A stretch of 63,899 nucleotides of DNA, the filler included, from Octopus bimaculoides (taxonomy: Eukaryota): NCBI RefSeq assembly GCF_001194135.2. It is 4 parts of 3 records of this genome, joined end to end, with 100 filler letters (N's around TTAATTAATTAA, not from the genome) between each part and the next. Parts side by side here need not be neighbours in the genome. Positions count along the whole stretch, not along the records: positions 1 to 22,938 come from NC_069000.1; 3 more parts are not named here. One strand, written 5' to 3'. The notes under the pieces were generated by a model that did not search any database, was not told the origin of the DNA, and worked only from the letters and a program-made list of their open reading frames with translations. Position numbers and translations under genes: made by a program. This document shows positions 1 through 11,170 of the stretch, in pieces. Positions within the stretch are counted from its first letter, which is position 1. Every line of letters starts with the position of its first letter.

Positions 1-79
1 GTATTAGCGTATGTATGTATAAATATATAAAAGGATAAAGAGAATAATGGTAAAGTTAGAAATATATTTTATGGATAGA

Positions 80-128
80 GTCTTACAGCTGTTTCAGAGA
101 AGATCCAATGCATCCCTTCATCGGAGAC
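80..128 (-). ncRNA. Minimal type-I hammerhead ribozyme motif (core variant U4C) in a PLE-type terminal sequence
   Basis: Minus strand reads GTCT CCGATGA AGGGA-12nt-TCTCT GAAA CAGCTG T A AGAC. Helix I is GTCT/AGAC, helix II is AGGGA/TCTCT, helix III is the self-complementary ACAGCTGT, and the cleavage triplet is GUA. It lies in a repeat-like segment (about 20-295) ending at (TA)n. Confidence 0.75.
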
Positions 129-310
129 AGAAATAGTAAAGGAATCGATAATTATATCTATAAGCGGAGAGTTATAGTAGGAAGTGAGAGTGAGTGTGAT
201 GCGCTGAAAGAAGAAAGAAAGAACAGTACTTGGAGTGTAGCTTCATTCCAGTAGTAAGTATCCGTGTAAATAATCCTTGTGGGAATTCTCCGGAGATATA
301 TATATATATA

Positions 311-547
311 CCAGAGTAAGAACATAAATGTGACACAAGGTGGGAAAAATAGCACTCGAATACCGGAGGTAGAGTAATATGCTTCATTATTAAAACCGCA
401 AAAACATCACAATATATCACAAAAAATTAATTAATGTTAAATAAGTTTGATTAATATAAAACTAAGTTTGTTTTTAATAAAATATTCACTTATAGAAATC
501 TAAAAGCATGAAAATTTAGACACACGTTATTCACATACATACAAAAC
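311..547 (-). mobile_element. Internally deleted PLE pseudo-LTR copy (family A), left half; interrupted by the Gypsy element
   Basis: 311-425 matches 9471-9590, and 426-547 matches the reverse complement of about 11990-12110. The hammerhead-containing middle is deleted. The copy continues at 5048. Confidence 0.75.
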
Positions 548-550
548 TGC

Positions 551-825
551 TGTAAAGTGGGTTCCTACCACTGGTGTGATGTGTGACTGCCGTTGTACTG
601 TGGTTGATGTTTTACGCTAGTAGCCACAATAGTTACTAGTCATCGGATAACGTTGTATCTTTTTGTACCGGAGTATACTGATAGCTCCACAAGACACCGA
701 CTAGAAATGTCGACCCTCAAGTCTTCGACTCTCCACCCTTTCTTGTCGACCGGCTACTGGTCTATTTATAATGACTTCTCCTACCACTTTTTACCGGGAG
801 GAGTATACAGTTTCACTATACAACA
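551..825 (-). repeat. 3' LTR of the Gypsy element
   Basis: Direct repeat of 4746-5047 with 12 mismatches counted by eye in the first ~100 nt and a ~27-bp deletion. Bounded by tgtaaag...tacaaca. Confidence 0.93.
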
Positions 826-836
826 TCTCCCCATTG
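826..836 (-). promoter_or_regulatory. Polypurine tract (PPT)
   Basis: Minus strand CAATGGGGAGA directly abuts the TGTTG start of the 3' LTR. Confidence 0.8.
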
Positions 837-903
837 AATTATTTTATTTAACAATCATTTTCTTTTATTCACCCCACCACCTCCTTTTATTTTAAATATT
901 TAC

Positions 904-3590
904 TCAATATCTTTTCTTCTTAGGGTTTACCTTTAGGAATTTAGTGTTCTTCCTTTTCCTTGTACGTGTGGTTTCGACTTCTTGTAACGGTGTTTCAACT
1001 TGAAAAGTGTCATATAGCCAATCCATCGGTATTTCTACTCTTGTTGATTCCTTTTCTATAACTCTTTCCTTAAGCTGATTTCTCTGTCTCCTTTCCATTC
1101 CATTTATGCTTCTTACACCATACATCATTCTTCCTATGTGTGTTACAATTTCTCCTTCCCAGTATTGCTTGCTATTTTTGTACATTCTTAAATATACCTT
1201 ATCACCGATTCTAAAGAATTTTGGCATGTCTTTACTAGCACATATTTTTTCTTCAATGGTAACAGTTTATCGAATACTGACTTCACCTTTCTGGAAAACA
1301 TTAATCCTGCTGGTGAACATCCTTCTGGCGCATTTGGCTTCAGAGTTAACCTTTATACGCTTAAGAATTGTTCTTCCTTATTAGCTTTCTTTAAAGCTCT
1401 CTTAAAAGTGTCCACGAACCGTTCGGCCTTTCCATTCGATCTAGGATGATGCGGTGCTATAGTTTTATGTTTTAACGTGAACATCTAACAGAATCTTTTA
1501 AACTCACTGATATAAACTGTGTTCCGTTATCAGCGACTATTATATCCGGTACACTAAATCTTGCGAACAGCTCGTGTAAGAAGTTTATTACCGTATATGA
1601 GGTTGGTCGTTTGCATCTTGCGACCTCAGGCTATTTTCTGTTGCTGTCCACTACACTACTATTAAGTAATAATATCCATTTACCGGACCTGAAAAATCGA
1701 TATGCAATCGGGACCATAGTATTTTCACTTTCGGGCAAGGTCCACATTTTGTAGTAGGTAGTTTCGCTGCCAGCGCACATCCTCTGCAGCCTTTTATCAG
1801 GTTTTCAACTTCCTTGTCCATGCTTGGCCAGTATACGAAACTTCGCATCAACACTTTCATTCTAGAGATGCCTGGGTGTCTTTTAGCATTCTCTTATGTA
1901 ATGTATGTGTAATGACCACCCTCTGAGCGTACATTGGTACACCATCACATATAGAGTACACGCTCATATCTTGGCGGTTCTTTGCGTCAGACCTTTCTTT
2001 ATTTCATTTTGTCGACCATACTTTTCTCTTTGTTTCATTAATAAATTTGTCATTTCTCGCATTTCTTTTTATTTCTTCCAAAGTTACTGGTAGTTCATTG
2101 ATTTTTGTTTCTGCTTTTGCTCTTAGCACTGCTATCATGGTGTCCTCCAGCGGTTCGTTATTTCTCGGAGTTAACCTAGACGGACCATCGGCATGCCGCA
2201 ACTTTTTGAAGGCAGATATTCCATTCTATAATAGTAGTTTAGTAGAATGGTACCCCACCGATACAGTCTGTTTGTCGTATGTGTCGGGATTCCTTTCTTG
2301 GATCTGTATATCGTTGTTAGAGGTCTATGGTCCGTTTGCAACCAAAAACGTCTGCTGTGAATGGACCTGTGGAACTTTTTCACGTCAAATATAATAGCCA
2401 ACACCTCTTTTTCAATCTGGCTTTCGCTCATTTCCTCCGGCAATAATGTCCCCCTGTTATCGTTATCCTTGTGCAGGAGCATGGCTCCTATCCCATACTC
2501 ACTAGCATCTGTAGCTAGTATTATTTCTAACTTTGGTTCGAAATGCATAAGATATAAGTCTGAAATTCACATATCTTTTAACGCGTTGAATGCTTTCTGG
2601 CATTTCTCTTTTCTGGCATTTCAAATTCCATTTGGCATTCTATTTTTAGTAATTCATTAAATGGTGCCTTTATCTTATGCATATTTGGGATATACACTTG
2701 GTAATAATTTACATCGCATCCATTATTTGTTAGAATATGGCGGGAGCCACCTTTACTCCAAACGGCAGTCATTTGAACTTGTACAATCCACGATGCGTTT
2801 TGCTTGTTAGTAGATGTGTGCAGTCCTCCTCTAACTGAATTTGAAGGTACGCCTCTGAGAGGTCTAACTTCGAGAAAATTCCCTCCGTTTATTTTAGCAA
2901 ATACTTCTTCTGGGCTTGGCAGTGGGTAATTATGTATGAGTAAACAGTCGTTTAATCCGACTGAGAAGTCTGTACACTCCCTTAACTTATCATTTCTTTT
3001 ACGTAGACCGCCGGTGCTGCCCAGTCTGCATGGTTAATCTTTTCAATTATATTCAGGCTTTCCAACTTTTCTAGTTCTTTATTGACTGGGTCTACCGCCA
3101 CAAACAACACGCTTTGTTTGGGCCTGAAAATAGGTGTTGAATTTTGATAGCAATCCTTGCTTTTTTTTTTCGGTGCAACAGCCTAAACCTTCTGAAAAAA
3201 AGAACCATTGGGAAAGTTTCTTTCATTTTTTGTTTCAGTTCATCGACCTCGTTCGATCATATGACTGTTCCGTTTACATTATTGCACAAAACGCTTATGG
3301 GTGTATCCCATAAATTAAATTTCTCCATACATTCGGTGCCAAATAAATTCATGGATAAACATTCACCTTTTTGGTTCGACCTTTGAACATTATGTTACAA
3401 ACGCGTTCGTTTGTGAAATATAATTTTCTTCCCGTAAAACCATACGCTATTTTGTTTGGACTACATAATTTTGGTTAACCCATTTGTTCTCATGTATTCT
3501 CATTTATGATTGTGATGTCACTTTCCGTGTCTAATTGCATTCTGACACAAGTGGTTTCAATTCTCACATTCACGAATTTTCTGTTTGTTG
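904..3590 (-). pseudogene. pol: Gypsy pol (protease-RT-RNase H-integrase), frameshifted, RT YxDD region deleted
   Basis: ORF fragments 2171-2548 (RNase H), 1651-1860 (integrase zinc finger and core start) and 904-1227 (integrase C-terminus). RT motif VAPAIF-QIMDAM is joined directly to VNYY near 2712. Confidence 0.88.
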
Positions 3591-3593
3591 TAG

Positions 3594-4571
3594 TCATAGT
3601 TTTCCTGCTGACAAACTATTCATTTTTTGTTGTTTGTTCCATTTTCCTATCATTCTAATTTTGCAGTGCGATTTTATATGTCCTGTAAACCTGCAGCGAA
3701 AACACTTTGCTTTTTTTATACGGGCAATCTCACCACATGCCATCTCACCACATGCCATCTCACCACATGCCATCTCACCACATGCCATCTCACCACATGC
3801 CATCTCACCACATGCCATACATAGGTCTAAATTTCGATATTTTCTCTGTTTTTCCTGCAACAATTTATTTGCCTTCCAACTCCTTGCACTGGTATTATGT
3901 GAAAACACTCTTTCCGTTGAATTTCTTCCGTGTCATGTCTTAATTTTAATACCATGTCACACTCTTCCAACAGTTTTGTAATGTCAAATCCTGGTTCATT
4001 TCCAGTTTTGCTAGAATTTTCGTTCGGATTTCTGCATCCTATTTATTTGACAATCTTTGTGCAAAAATCCAACACTTGAAAAGATCTGGAGTAATCATAT
4101 CCAGCCTGACTCTGCCTGTGTAAGTAGTGAAATCTTCATCGTCGCTCTTTTTTATGTTTAAACATTTCTATCTAGCATTAAACAGTGAGCTCTTTTCACT
4201 AAACATATTTCACAAAATGTCCAACAGTGTCGATGAAATTTATGTCGGACGCTTTTTTGGCAATACGAAGTTACTATACTTTTTCATGCTCTGCTGTCGC
4301 TAATTTTCTTAAAACTAGACGCGTGTTCATTTTGTCCGTCCAATCTTGACATTCTTTTCCAAAAATTTCGTTCAAATCTTCGAAAGTAAGCCTCGAAGGT
4401 TACTCCGTCTTCGGGGTCATATTTGAATTCGCTTATGGAATTTGCTACGTGTTCAGACGAAAATGTATTCTCCAGTTTGGTTATCAATTTCACGAGTTGT
4501 ATCATTTGCTGCTGCACTCCTTGTTGTTGTTCTCGTTGTTTCTTGAGTTGTTGTTGTTGCTGTTTTTGCAA
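3594..4571 (-). pseudogene. gag: Gypsy gag remnant with zinc knuckle CFRCRFTGHIKSHC
   Basis: The N-terminus QQQQ...ANSISEFKYDPEDGVTFEAYFRRFE is typical of Mag-type gag. CX2CX4HX4C motif in ORF 3594-3908. Confidence 0.85.
3726..3815. repeat. 15-bp minisatellite (catctcaccacatgc) x6 inside gag
   Basis: Five exact units plus one variant; translates on the minus strand as (CGEMA)5 CGEIA. Confidence 0.95.
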
Positions 4572-4730
4572 CTCAACTACCTAAGCTAACAAGTCTTCCA
4601 TATTTTACGATTTTCGTAAGTTTACACAACAAAAATTTTGTTTCTTTTTGTCGAGTTATTTAATTTTCCACGTGAATTAGTTTAAACTCTCCATGTAAAT
4701 GTTTTTTCCACTCCGCGTAAATTGGTTTTG

Positions 4731-4741
4731 CCTCGTCGCCA
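4731..4741 (-). promoter_or_regulatory. Primer-binding site complementary to the 3' end of tRNA-Ser(GCU)
   Basis: Minus strand TGGCGACGAGG lies 4 nt downstream of the 5' LTR. Metazoan tRNA-Ser(GCU) ends in CCUCGUCG-CCA. Confidence 0.8.
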
Positions 4742-4745
4742 CTAT

Positions 4746-5047
4746 TGTAAAGTGGGTTCCTTCCACTGATGTGATGTATGACTGCCGTTGTACAGTAGTT
4801 GCTGTTTTAGGCTAGTAGCCACAATAATTGCTAATCATTGGATACCGTTGTATCTCTTCGTACCGGAATAGTAATACACTAATTTCTTCTGTCTTACTAT
4901 CGCTGATAGCTCCACAAGACACCGACTAGAGCTGTCGACTCTCACCTCTTCGACTCTCAATCTTCGCTTGACGACCGGCTACTAGTCTATTTATAATGGC
5001 TTCTACCACTTTTTACCGATAGGGGTAAACAGTTTCACTATACAACA
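4746..5047 (-). repeat. 5' LTR of the Gypsy element
   Basis: Direct repeat of 551-825, followed on the minus strand by the PBS. Confidence 0.93.
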
Positions 5048-5110
5048 AAAACAAACGTATACATTGATCATTTATACTTAGACACACTAAAAACTTATAC
5101 AAACATATAA
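5048..5110 (-). mobile_element. Right half of the PLE pseudo-LTR copy split by the Gypsy insertion
   Basis: aaaacaaacgtatacattgatcatttatacttagacacactaaaaacttatacaaacata matches the reverse complement of about 11940-12000. Confidence 0.7.
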
Positions 5111-5299
5111 ATAGACGTGCATAAACAAACATAAATACATACATATATATGTATGTGTATCATACACACATGTATACACGCATACTTATATATATATATA
5201 TATAAACATATACACATATATAAATATACATACATATATACATATACATACACAATACATATATACGCATACATACATACGTATATATGAACAGACAAC

Positions 5300-5796
5300 C
5301 ACATCACATACCTCTTACAAAACGGAATCCCAATATCTGCCGCTATTCTCTTCATGAGAGAATATGTTTGAAATAAAGCTGCCCTTTTACCCACCTACCG
5401 GGAACTAGACACTCCATTGGTAAATATAGTGGCACTAAGAAAAGTGGTAATATTGTGAGTGCTCCCACCAACAGATGCAACAACCACGCCAAATCTGCTC
5501 CTTATCCCAACTCCACAAACTCCAATGACCACAATAACTGTATCGCCTCCTACGGAAAAAATGGTTCCTTTCCCCCACATAAACCGGGGAACAGAAAACC
5601 CTAGCCGAAAAAACAAAAGTAATAATAACATTAATTGCGGCCGCATCCAGCAGTGCAACAGCAACTGCAGTGACTCGAGAAACCAATCTTCTTTTTTAGC
5701 TATGTTGAATCTGGTGAAAGAAATCCAGAGAAGTATTCAACCTCTATATCAATCCAAGGCAAAAAAAACACACCCTTGCTACTGCCACTGAGTAGC

Positions 5797-5846
<50 letters not shown>

Positions 5847-8525
5847 ACATGATGTGCGGATACTGAAGAAACGCAAAGAAGCTGCTGCCTTAACAACGAC
5901 ATTCCTCCTTAAAGCCCAAGGTATCAACCCAGCCATCAAGGCTCAATAATGGAAAATACTCTACATTAAGGGATGGATTGCAGCATACTCACATCCAATC
6001 CCTTTCTTTGTCCTAACTGAAACCCACCTAAACGACTGTCATCTAGAGGCTGAACTGAAAATCAGAGACTTCACTGCCATTCGCGCTGATGGGTCAGGCC
6101 GAAGGAAGGGTGGAGTTGCTGTTTTCCTCCATGAGTCTGTCAGCGCAGATACCAAAGATATTTTCTCCAACGGCTACTGCAAATCAGTCTCTGTACACAA
6201 CAAGGGTAAAGACCTGCCTGTGGTTGGGCTCTACAGATCCCCACAAGCACCCTTAAACTATTTCCAAGAGTGCCTCGAGAAGATCAAATCTTTCCTCCTG
6301 CAATGTAACCCAGGAAATATTCTGATGATGGGCGACTTCAACCTACCAATCTAATATTGTTAGACCAGGAACCTTCATTTCAAGCTCAGACAAAACAGCA
6401 GTGGAGTTACTTTTTAAATTTATGGATAATTTTTTCCTGTCACAACTGGTCCATGAATCAACCAGAAATAACCAAAGTGTCTTGGACCTGGTGCTAAGCA
6501 ACCATGCTAACACTATTCATAACATCACAGTAGAAAGAACCCTCCTCTCCGATAATGACATAGTACTCTGTATCCTCAATCTTCAACATCCAAAAATTTG
6601 GCATAAATCAATAACTCCAGTGCACCCATTTGATAACATGAAGTTACACAAGTCAAACTGGAGTGCGATCATTCAAAACTTATCACCCTTGCTTCCTCCA
6701 ATACCACAACAAACACAAACGCATGGCAACTATTTGAAGACACAGACACCCACATTTGTTCAAAACACACACCCACACGACTCATAAACAACAGTAGATG
6801 CAGGATTCCAAAACAGAGAAAATCGCTCACCAGGAGAATAAAAAGAATAAACCGAAAAATCAATACCCTAAAATACCACCATCAGCAGCACCCTCAATCG
6901 AGAACATTAACAACCTTGGAATCAAGGAAGCAACAGTTGCAGGACTATGAGAACCCTTAAAGGGCTGCAGAGGAAGCCTGGGCTATTAAAAACATCAAGA
7001 ATAATCTTAAGGTCTTTTACTCCTTTACAAAAACACATAGGACCACAGTTTCCTCTATCGGCCCACTGGTTGACGGAAACGGCATCTTTCACAGTGATGC
7101 CAAAGATGTGGCTGAGATCCTGCAANNNNNNNNNNNNNNNNNNNNNNNNNNNNNNNNNNNNNNNNNNNNNNNNNNNNNNNNNNNNNNNNNNNNNNNNNAT
7201 AACCTTCGATGCCACTGATATCCTAGCAGCAATAAAGAAATCAAACCTGATTCAGCAGTGGGTCCGGACAGGTTCCCTACTAGAGTGCTGAAGGAATGCA
7301 GACAGCAACTTGCAGCTCCTCTTGCAAATCTCTGGAGGAAATCACTGGATGCCGGTTTTATCCCTCAAAACCTTCTCTCCCAATCAGTCGTTTCTATCTT
7401 TAAAAAGGGGAATAAATCGATCCCTGTAAACTACCGTCCAGTCTCACTCAGCTCACATATCATCAAAGTATTTGAGAAAGTGTTGGGATGAAGAATAACA
7501 GCCTTCCTAGAACAAAATCATCTCCTAAATTGCAACCAGCATGGTTTTCGTGGTGGGAGGTACTGTCTAACACAGCTCCTCCACCACTATATCAATGACA
7601 TTGCAGATTTCATTGAACATAGCACCATAAAAATATTTGCAGAAGACTCTAAGCTCCAGAAAGTCATTAAGGGAGCATATGATCGAACAATGCTTCAGTT
7701 AGACCTATGCGCAGTAACCCCAGTGGGCACAAAAAAAAAAGAAAAAACAATATGTAGTTGAACGCAGAAAAATTTGAGCTCATGCACTTTGGAAGAGAGG
7801 GCACACTCAAACAATCATATACACTGCCGTCGAGAGACCTACTTGAACCATCGGATAATATCAGAGACTTAGGTGTAATTGTCGACAGCAACCTTAGTTG
7901 GAGAGTGCACATCAACAAAAAGTCGATGTTGCCCGCAAAATGTGACCATGGATCCTCAGAACTTTCGAATCTAGGGATCATGAAGCCATCATCTTTCTCT
8001 TCTCCACATTCTCTAGGTCCCACCTCAAATATTGCTCCCCATTGTGGTTCCCCTACAAAAAAAACAAGACATAATGAGGATCGAAACGCCACAAAGATCA
8101 ATCACAAGGAAAAATAAATGGCATGATGGGACTTGATTATTGGGCTCAACTTAAACAGCTGAAGCTCTATTCTCTGCAACGCCGCTGTGAGTGATACATA
8201 ATTTGCACCATGTGGAAAATATTCCACCAATATTATCCAAATAATATCAGTATCATGTTTACAATTCACCCAAGACTAGGTCCCCAAGCAATGCGCCCCC
8301 TACAAAGGTCGAGATCACATCACATAAGAACATTGCGACACAGTTTCTTCACTGCAAATAGTCCTGCACTTTTCAATGTTATCCTCAAAGAAATTAAAAT
8401 AGAAAAAGACCCCACAACTTTCAAACGGTACCGGGACAAATTCCTTCAGGAAATACCGGATAAACCACCTACCCCTGAATACATCTCAACCAACAACAAC
8501 TCCCCATGGGCATATCGAATAAAGA
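5300..8525 (+). mobile_element. Decayed CR1-type LINE (ORF1 tail, APE endonuclease, RT with internal deletion)
   Basis: Endonuclease motifs LTETHL (~6017), GGVAVF, YRSP and GDFNLP (~6335); RT motifs GPD...NYRPVSLSSHIIKVFE, QHGFR and FAEDSKL; 3' end ...PTPEYISTNNNS. Contains a (CAA)n tract at about 5796-5846. Confidence 0.9.
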
Positions 8526-8538
8526 GTCCTCACTCTTT

Positions 8539-9470
8539 TTAACCCAGGTGGAATCGTCGTAAAATAGGAGGGGCTTTCCTTGCATGCAGGATATCTATAT
8601 CCGAACTGTCGATGGTGACGTATTGTTTAGCGAAGTCTAATGCTTTCATGAGTAAAGGCCTTGATATTGACGGGTAAAAGTTGACTATATCGAACAGCGT
8701 GAATCTGAAGTTACATTTATGGCTAATTCCCCCGAGCCAATCTATAACTGACTTATTATTGCCCCAAATTCGTAAATTTAATTCCCTATTTAACTTGTTT
8801 AAAATAAAATCTAAGATATTTTTGCTAATAATACATATTTCTGTTTTAGCTGGGTTGATTAGCCTACACTTAGGGTTTCTACTAAAGTTAACTTTGTGGT
8901 CCTTAAGTGCAATAAAGAGTTGGCGTAGGGGAAGGTATTCTATCCTATCACTAACTTTAAGATTGGTAGCGATCCTTCGTGCTTCGATATTCATCTTTTC
9001 TTTATAGGTGTCTGTAATGCTATTAGAAAGAAGTCGTTTGTAAAGCTCTTTTTCAACTGCATATAGATTTTTTTTGTTTTGTCGGACTTCACGAAAATTT
9101 TATCTGAATTCTTAATATTTCTAATTTTTTCGTTCATAGTTCTCTGGAGCGAATTGCTTATTTGACAGAATTTTATTCTTCTAATAGGTTCGAATAGGTC
9201 TTTTTCAAAAGTTTCTCATTCTAAAATAGGTGGTAGGTTTTTAGAAGATTTAAGTCCATACTTGTTTACATTATTTTGTTGTTCTATCATGACAAAGAAA
9301 TAAGCCCACCATCTCATTCATCAGATAAAATCTTCTGTCTTCTCGATAAGGCTTTTGAGATCGGTATGTTTCTTATAGAAAATTCCAACGGGTAGAGTTC
9401 CATTTTTTCAACTGTTTCTTGTTTCTACTTATGGAGAGTCACTCAAACTTTCTTGAAAAAGAGCAGGGTT
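8539..9470 (-). pseudogene. N-terminal/RT part of a Penelope-like element ORF, Naiad-like
   Basis: LIEKTEDFI**MRWWAYFF, KDHKVNFSRNPKCRLINPAKTEI, FTLFDIVNFYPSIS and ILHARK are PLE-type RT motifs. It has stops and frameshifts. The clade assignment is from recalled motifs. Confidence 0.75.
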
Positions 9471-9865
9471 CACCAGAGTAAGCACATAAATATGAAACAA
9501 GGTGGGAATAAATAGTACTCGAATATCAGAGGTAGAGTAATATGCATTATTACTAAAGCTTCAAAAACATCACAAAATATCACAAAAACTGCTACTCAGA
9601 GTTTCACGTTCCCGTTCGTCGGACAGTTGTGATTGAGACTGGAAGAATTAAGGTTATTCGTATAAATATATTATACAATTTACATTGACAAATACACTTT
9701 TGAATTTGGATTGTTTCATTGGTTATTTTCAGCTAACGGGTTTTTTTTTAAGGAACAGTGATATAAATAAAAACACCAAAAATTAAAAACCTAAATATCG
9801 TATTGTATAAAATCGAAGAAAACCTTATTTCATATAAAATGTATTTTAGTAATTTCACTTAATGA
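9471..9865 (-). mobile_element. PLE pseudo-LTR (family A) directly upstream of the PLE ORF
   Basis: Homologous copies at 311-547 and 11945-12397; contains a hammerhead motif. Confidence 0.75.
9587..9628 (-). ncRNA. Minimal type-I hammerhead ribozyme motif (U4C)
   Basis: Minus strand reads AACTGT CCGACGA ACG-GGAA-CGT GAAA CTCTGAG T A GCAGTT. Helix I has 6 bp, helix II has 3 bp with a GNRA loop, helix III is the palindromic ACTC-T-GAGT, and the cleavage triplet is GUA. Confidence 0.8.
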
Positions 9866-10274
9866 TTTATTTAACTACGCCTATGAAATTCCACTACTTT
9901 GTTCCTTCTTTCANNNNNNNNNNNNNNNNNNNNNNNNNNNNNNNNNNNNNNNNNNNNNNNNNNNNNNNNNNNNNNNNNNNNNNNNNNNNNNNNNNNNNNN
10001 NNNNNNNNNNNNNNNNNNNNNNNNNNNNNNNNNNNNNNNNNNNNNNNNNNNNNNNNNNNNNNNNNNNNNNNNNNNNNNNNNNNNNNNNNNNNNNNNNNNN
10101 NNNNNNNNNNNNNNNNNNNNNNNNNNNNNNNNNNNNNNNNNNNNNNNNNNNNNNNNNNNNNNNNNNNNNNNNNNNNNNNNNNNNNNNNNNNNNNNNNNNN
10201 NNNNNNNNNNNNNNNNNNNNNNNNNNNNNNNNNNNNNNNNNNNNNNNNNNNNNNNNNNNNNNNNNNNNNATATA

Positions 10275-11170
10275 TATATGCATGCATATATGGGTACAGG
10301 ACGTCACAAACTGTGTAAACAACATGAAATACGCAGAAAACGAGTTAAATACGTAAACAACGAGAGAAAAAATGGAAAGTAGGACAAGTAAACAGTGAGA
10401 AAAGACCCTTCATCACTTGTCGGCTGCCTGTCTACTCCACATTTCGAGCAGTCAACGACAATATGAGTTTTCAAAGACAGTTGCTCCCATAAATTCTAAA
10501 ATAAAATTTAGGATTTATGGAGGGTCAAAGTTGTGAACAAAAACAGGACAGTGGAGACATACAAGGAAACCGAACGAAAACAAACATGAAGGGTCGTTAG
10601 ACCAGAACGAGAGGAAGGCAGTGAACGCTGGGAGAAAAATTTTCTTTGAAACGAGAAAAGATAGAAGAGAAAAAAGAACCCTCCAGTCTTTTGAACGTCC
10701 GTGCTGGAAAAGATAGGTCACGTGAGGAAAAATGGATGATGGTCACGTGTGAGCAGCGAGCTAGAAAAAAGAGAAAGAGGGGAGAGAGAGACAGATAGAA
10801 AACGGTGAAAGTGAGAGGGGGAGAAAAGGGAATTAGAGAAGGATGGAGGAAGAAAACAGTATAGAGTAGAGTCGCATCAGAAAGGTGAAGATAAACTTAC
10901 TTGGAAATGGATGCGTGACGTTCAGTTAAATAGTAATAATGAATAATATATCTTCATTATCTCCTGTCTTGTTTTTGTTCACAACTTTGACCCTCCATAA
11001 ATCCTAAATTTTATTTTAGAATTTATGGGAGCAACTGTCTTTGAAGACTCATATTGTCATTGAATGCTCGAAATGAGGAGTAGATAGACAGCCGACAACT
11101 AATCAAGGGTCCTTCCTCTGTTTGCTTGTCCTGTTTTCCATTTTTGGTGACGTCCTGTACCCATATATGC
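10275..11170. mobile_element. Probable PLE-derived element (family C) with long inverted terminal arms
   Basis: About 10280-10548 is the reverse complement of about 10955-11170 (the right arm has an internal deletion). The spacer is purine-rich and both ends run into (TA)n. A single-orientation copy lies at 38690-39195. Confidence 0.6.

Larger units (their letters stand above)
551..5047 (-). mobile_element. Decayed full-structure Gypsy/Ty3 LTR retrotransposon, Mag-like
   Basis: Two direct LTRs with TG...CA ends on the minus strand, tRNA-Ser PBS, PPT, gag with CCHC knuckle, RNase H (ATDASEYGIGA...EKEVLAI...TDHRPL) and integrase (H2C2 then WSRLHIDFSGP). AAAAC lies at 543-547 and 5048-5052. Confidence 0.95.

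Noticed and set aside
9315-9325. In-frame TGA TGA in the PLE ORF as selenocysteine codons
   Set aside because: The position corresponds to the RR/KR of IxxMRW, so CGA to TGA decay is the simpler explanation.
10400-10450. CGAAA...CTGATGAAGG boxes in family C (also 11065-11110 and 38805-38850) as a type-II hammerhead
   Set aside because: The boxes are in permuted order and helices I and III cannot be paired in any of the three copies.
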